DNA of 64,000 nucleotides from Oculina patagonica (Eukaryota): NCBI RefSeq assembly GCF_052425735.1, contig NC_135762.1, positions 14,198,001 to 14,262,000 of the forward strand, read 5' to 3'. Shown piece by piece: positions 61,149 to 64,000 of this stretch (position 1 is its first letter; each line of letters starts with the position of its first letter). The notes under the pieces were generated by a model. It saw only the letters and a program-made list of their open reading frames with translations, ran no database searches and was not told where the DNA came from. The position numbers and the translations under genes were made by a program.

Positions 61149-61690
61149 TTAGCATATAACCACACTGACCTACTATTGGTAATCGCGCAATCTGATTGGC
61201 TACACAGCTGCCTACTATCGATACGTAGAAGGCTCTCAGAGCGCGCGCGTAGTCTTCGCTGAATTTTATCAATCAAAACATTCAATAAATCAATTCTAGC
61301 GATATTCTGAGTTTAATAGATCGGTCAGTGGGTTATGCTAACACAATTAGACGGCTCGCTCTCGGTTTCTACCGGCTTTTGATAGTTGGCTCGGGACTTC
61401 GCCCCTCGCCAACTATCAGCCGGTAGAAACCTCGAGCTTGCCGTCTGAATTGTTAATTAGCATAACCACACTGACCTACTATTGGTAATCGCGCAATCTG
61501 ATTGGCTACACAGGTGCCTACTATCGATCCGTAGAAGGCTCTCGGAGCGCGCGCGTAGTCTTCGCTGAATTTTATCAATCAAAACCTTCAATAAATCAAT
61601 TCTAGCGATATTCTGAGTTTAATAGATCGGTCAGTGGGTTATGCTAACACAATTAGACGGCTCGCTCTCGGTTTCTACCGGCTTTTGATA
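61149..61690 (-). mobile_element. Head-to-tail dimer (one full + one truncated copy) of the Crypton-like element seen at 48660-48964, in opposite orientation
   Basis: 61149-61456 and 61457-61690 are near-identical reverse complements of 48660-48964; junction aattgttaa|ttagcataacc. Confidence 0.8.
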
Positions 61691-64000
61691 ATTATTATGT
61701 TACACATGGACTTCATTTTAGTCGCTTTATTAAAAAAATGGTTTAAAAATTTATTGTGTCACGAAATGTTTTTTTCCTTTTTTTTTAATGCCATTCCCTA
61801 CTGTTTGTTTCTTTCCTTTTACTCCTATAAACCATATACTTATCGTGTTACTTTAAGAAGAAATTGCAGGTCATAGTAGACGTGCAGAATCAGAAAGGAC
61901 ACTTTGAAAGGAAGACACATGAAAATAGCATACAACCCCCCACCTCACCTCCCATCCTGTCTCCGCCTCAGCAGTACGGTCAACATAAAGCTTAATTAAA
62001 GGCCAAGAGGATCACAGTCATGGGAAATTTGTTTTTGAAATGATAAACTAAACTTATCATGTTACTTTGCGAAGAAATTACAGGTCAATAAAGACGCGAA
62101 GAAATGAGAAAGGAGACAATGAAAGGAAGGAACGTGAAATGGAAAACTACCTTCCACCTCATAACAATGACTTCCCAGTCTGTCCCCCGCCTTAGAGTCG
62201 AAGTATTCGAGCTCTGTTATGTTTAATAGAGGAGTTCAGTCGTGGGAAATGAAATATATATCTAAACTGATTAAATTATTTCGATGTGGCAACAAACCTT
62301 AAAAGACTTAAAAGGAAGAATCAATTGTCATCTATCCTTTTTATACCAAAGTCTGGGCAAGAAAAGGTTTTAGTATACTTTGTTGATTAACTCATTGAAA
62401 TTGGAAAGGTCACCGCCTTCTTCTTTAATCCAAGTGAGGATGATAACCCTAATACAGAAAGGATGAACACGGTGACAGCACAGCGAAGCTGAGATTCTGT
62501 GATAAAGTGATAAAGGGAGAGCTCAGTTGATGGCCGTATCATTTTTCAACCTGTTTATCGAACGGAAGACCTGATAGTCAATGTCACAGATGTAAGAAGC
62601 TGTCTGGGAATGCTTAAAACACAACAAGAACGTTTGGAAGCAAGACAGAAACGGAAGCTGTTAAAATTTAAGAATTAAAATGACATTCAGTCAGAAACAA
62701 TTTATCACAGTTTCTTTAAATGTGTCCCTTAAATGTGTTCTTCAAATGTTGATCTTTGGCTATAGAGTATAACGTTTTTTCCACCTTAACCTGAAACCTC
62801 GATATTAACGTTTAATGTATAATCAATGGGACATTTTTTATGCTTATGGACACATCTACGTTCCGTAAACTCGCCGCTTATCTTCAAAATGCGTTAAGCA
62901 AAATAACCTGTAACAATTTCTGCTAAGTGAGTTTTTTTTCGGGAGTGGTGGGGGTAGGGTCTTAGTTGGTGAAAGTTGGCCATGATATGAAAGACAATGA
63001 AGGGGGCAAATATTTATAGCTGTCATCAGTATATGCATCACTGTTGTTATATTGAAACGTGTGTTTGCAGTTGTTAAGGTTGTTATGAGTAATTGTCAAG
63101 TTATACAGGTTAAAAACCCTTCTCAAATACTCCTAGATATATCCGCTCTTGGATAGCAGTAAGTCACAATTTACATATCCTATAACAATATTAATAACGC
63201 TGTTAATGAGATGACAATAAAAATAAACCGAGATTTGCTTATTTTTCCCCCGCATCCTCGTGCAACCATAAAGCGGAAGCCGTCTTTCATATTTTTCTTG
63301 TTTCTGTTTTTCTTTCTTTTTAATCTCAGGTCTGTACATCCTTTTTTCAAAGATAATACCGAGCTAATTGTCAGGTGATTGTAAAAGTCATATTTACAAT
63401 CGGCTTAAAACTCCATGGAGACCAAGAGGCCGAGGGTGGATTATGAAAAACGTTAGGGTAAATGATGCGGTTGTAGACATCGCCAAATTAGGGCAAGGAA
63501 TTCCTGTCTGCTACGCACATAATTTAGTAAAACAATTTTGCTATTAAAACTTTTGTAAAACACATGCTTTGTAAACTATGTAGTTCGCAATGATACAAAA
63601 GAGTAGCTCAATAACATGTGACAATAACGACTGAATTCTTATGAGTTACTGTAATAGCGCATGACCTCGCTTTATGAATCCAGTTGAATTTCCTTACCAC
63701 GTGCTCTGTCGTTCTTGTAGAAGGTCATGGATGTCCAATAATAGATTGGGCTCGATATTCTGACTTCCCGGTTAAAAACCAAAGAAAAAGGAAGAAATAA
63801 GAACCACACTAGTCCTATTTTCGATAAATAGGCAAAGTCTTTTACCATTTTATGCCAGTGAACAACTCACAAATTATACTTTTATAGCTCATAGAAGTAT
63901 CACTTTTTATTCTTACACGTTTGATGATATCTCCCCACCCCCCACGGGAATCAGCCAACAGCTATTTTTGTCTACGAAAAAAGGAAGTAGATCAGTTCCA

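Larger units (their letters stand above)
54205..64000 (+). repeat. Tandem segmental duplication, copy B (runs off the window end)
   Basis: Colinear with 40590-51310, with many substitutions and indels. Confidence 0.93.

Overview
Eukaryotic, AT-rich, intron- and repeat-rich animal DNA. The SINE/MITE repertoire and gene content look like a stony coral or other anthozoan, which is an inference. There is a 500-N assembly gap at 13850-14349. Six protein-coding genes can be reconstructed by hand from splice signals. (1) The 3' part of a secreted cbEGF + NELL-like coiled-coil + VWC protein with a poly-Asp tract (+, 370-4374). (2) An intronless divergent Sox/HMG-box gene (+, 8281-9069). (3) An orphan ~930-950 aa low-complexity protein with diverged ~90-115 aa internal repeats (+, 17545-20395). 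(4) PAM16/Magmas (-, 6 exons, 23863-29021). (5) A secreted 8-Cys knottin/ICK-like prepropeptide (+, 32075-32380), preceded by a tandemly amplified upstream module and followed by a second promoter/leader copy split at its splice donor by a LINE. (6) A PAN/apple + fibrinogen-domain protein (-, 37361-40039). The last ~23 kb is a diverged ~13.6-kb tandem segmental duplication (40590-54204 vs 54205->64000) with no convincing long ORF and many copy-specific insertions. The best candidate for an undescribed system is the toxin-like peptide locus with its amplified regulatory module.
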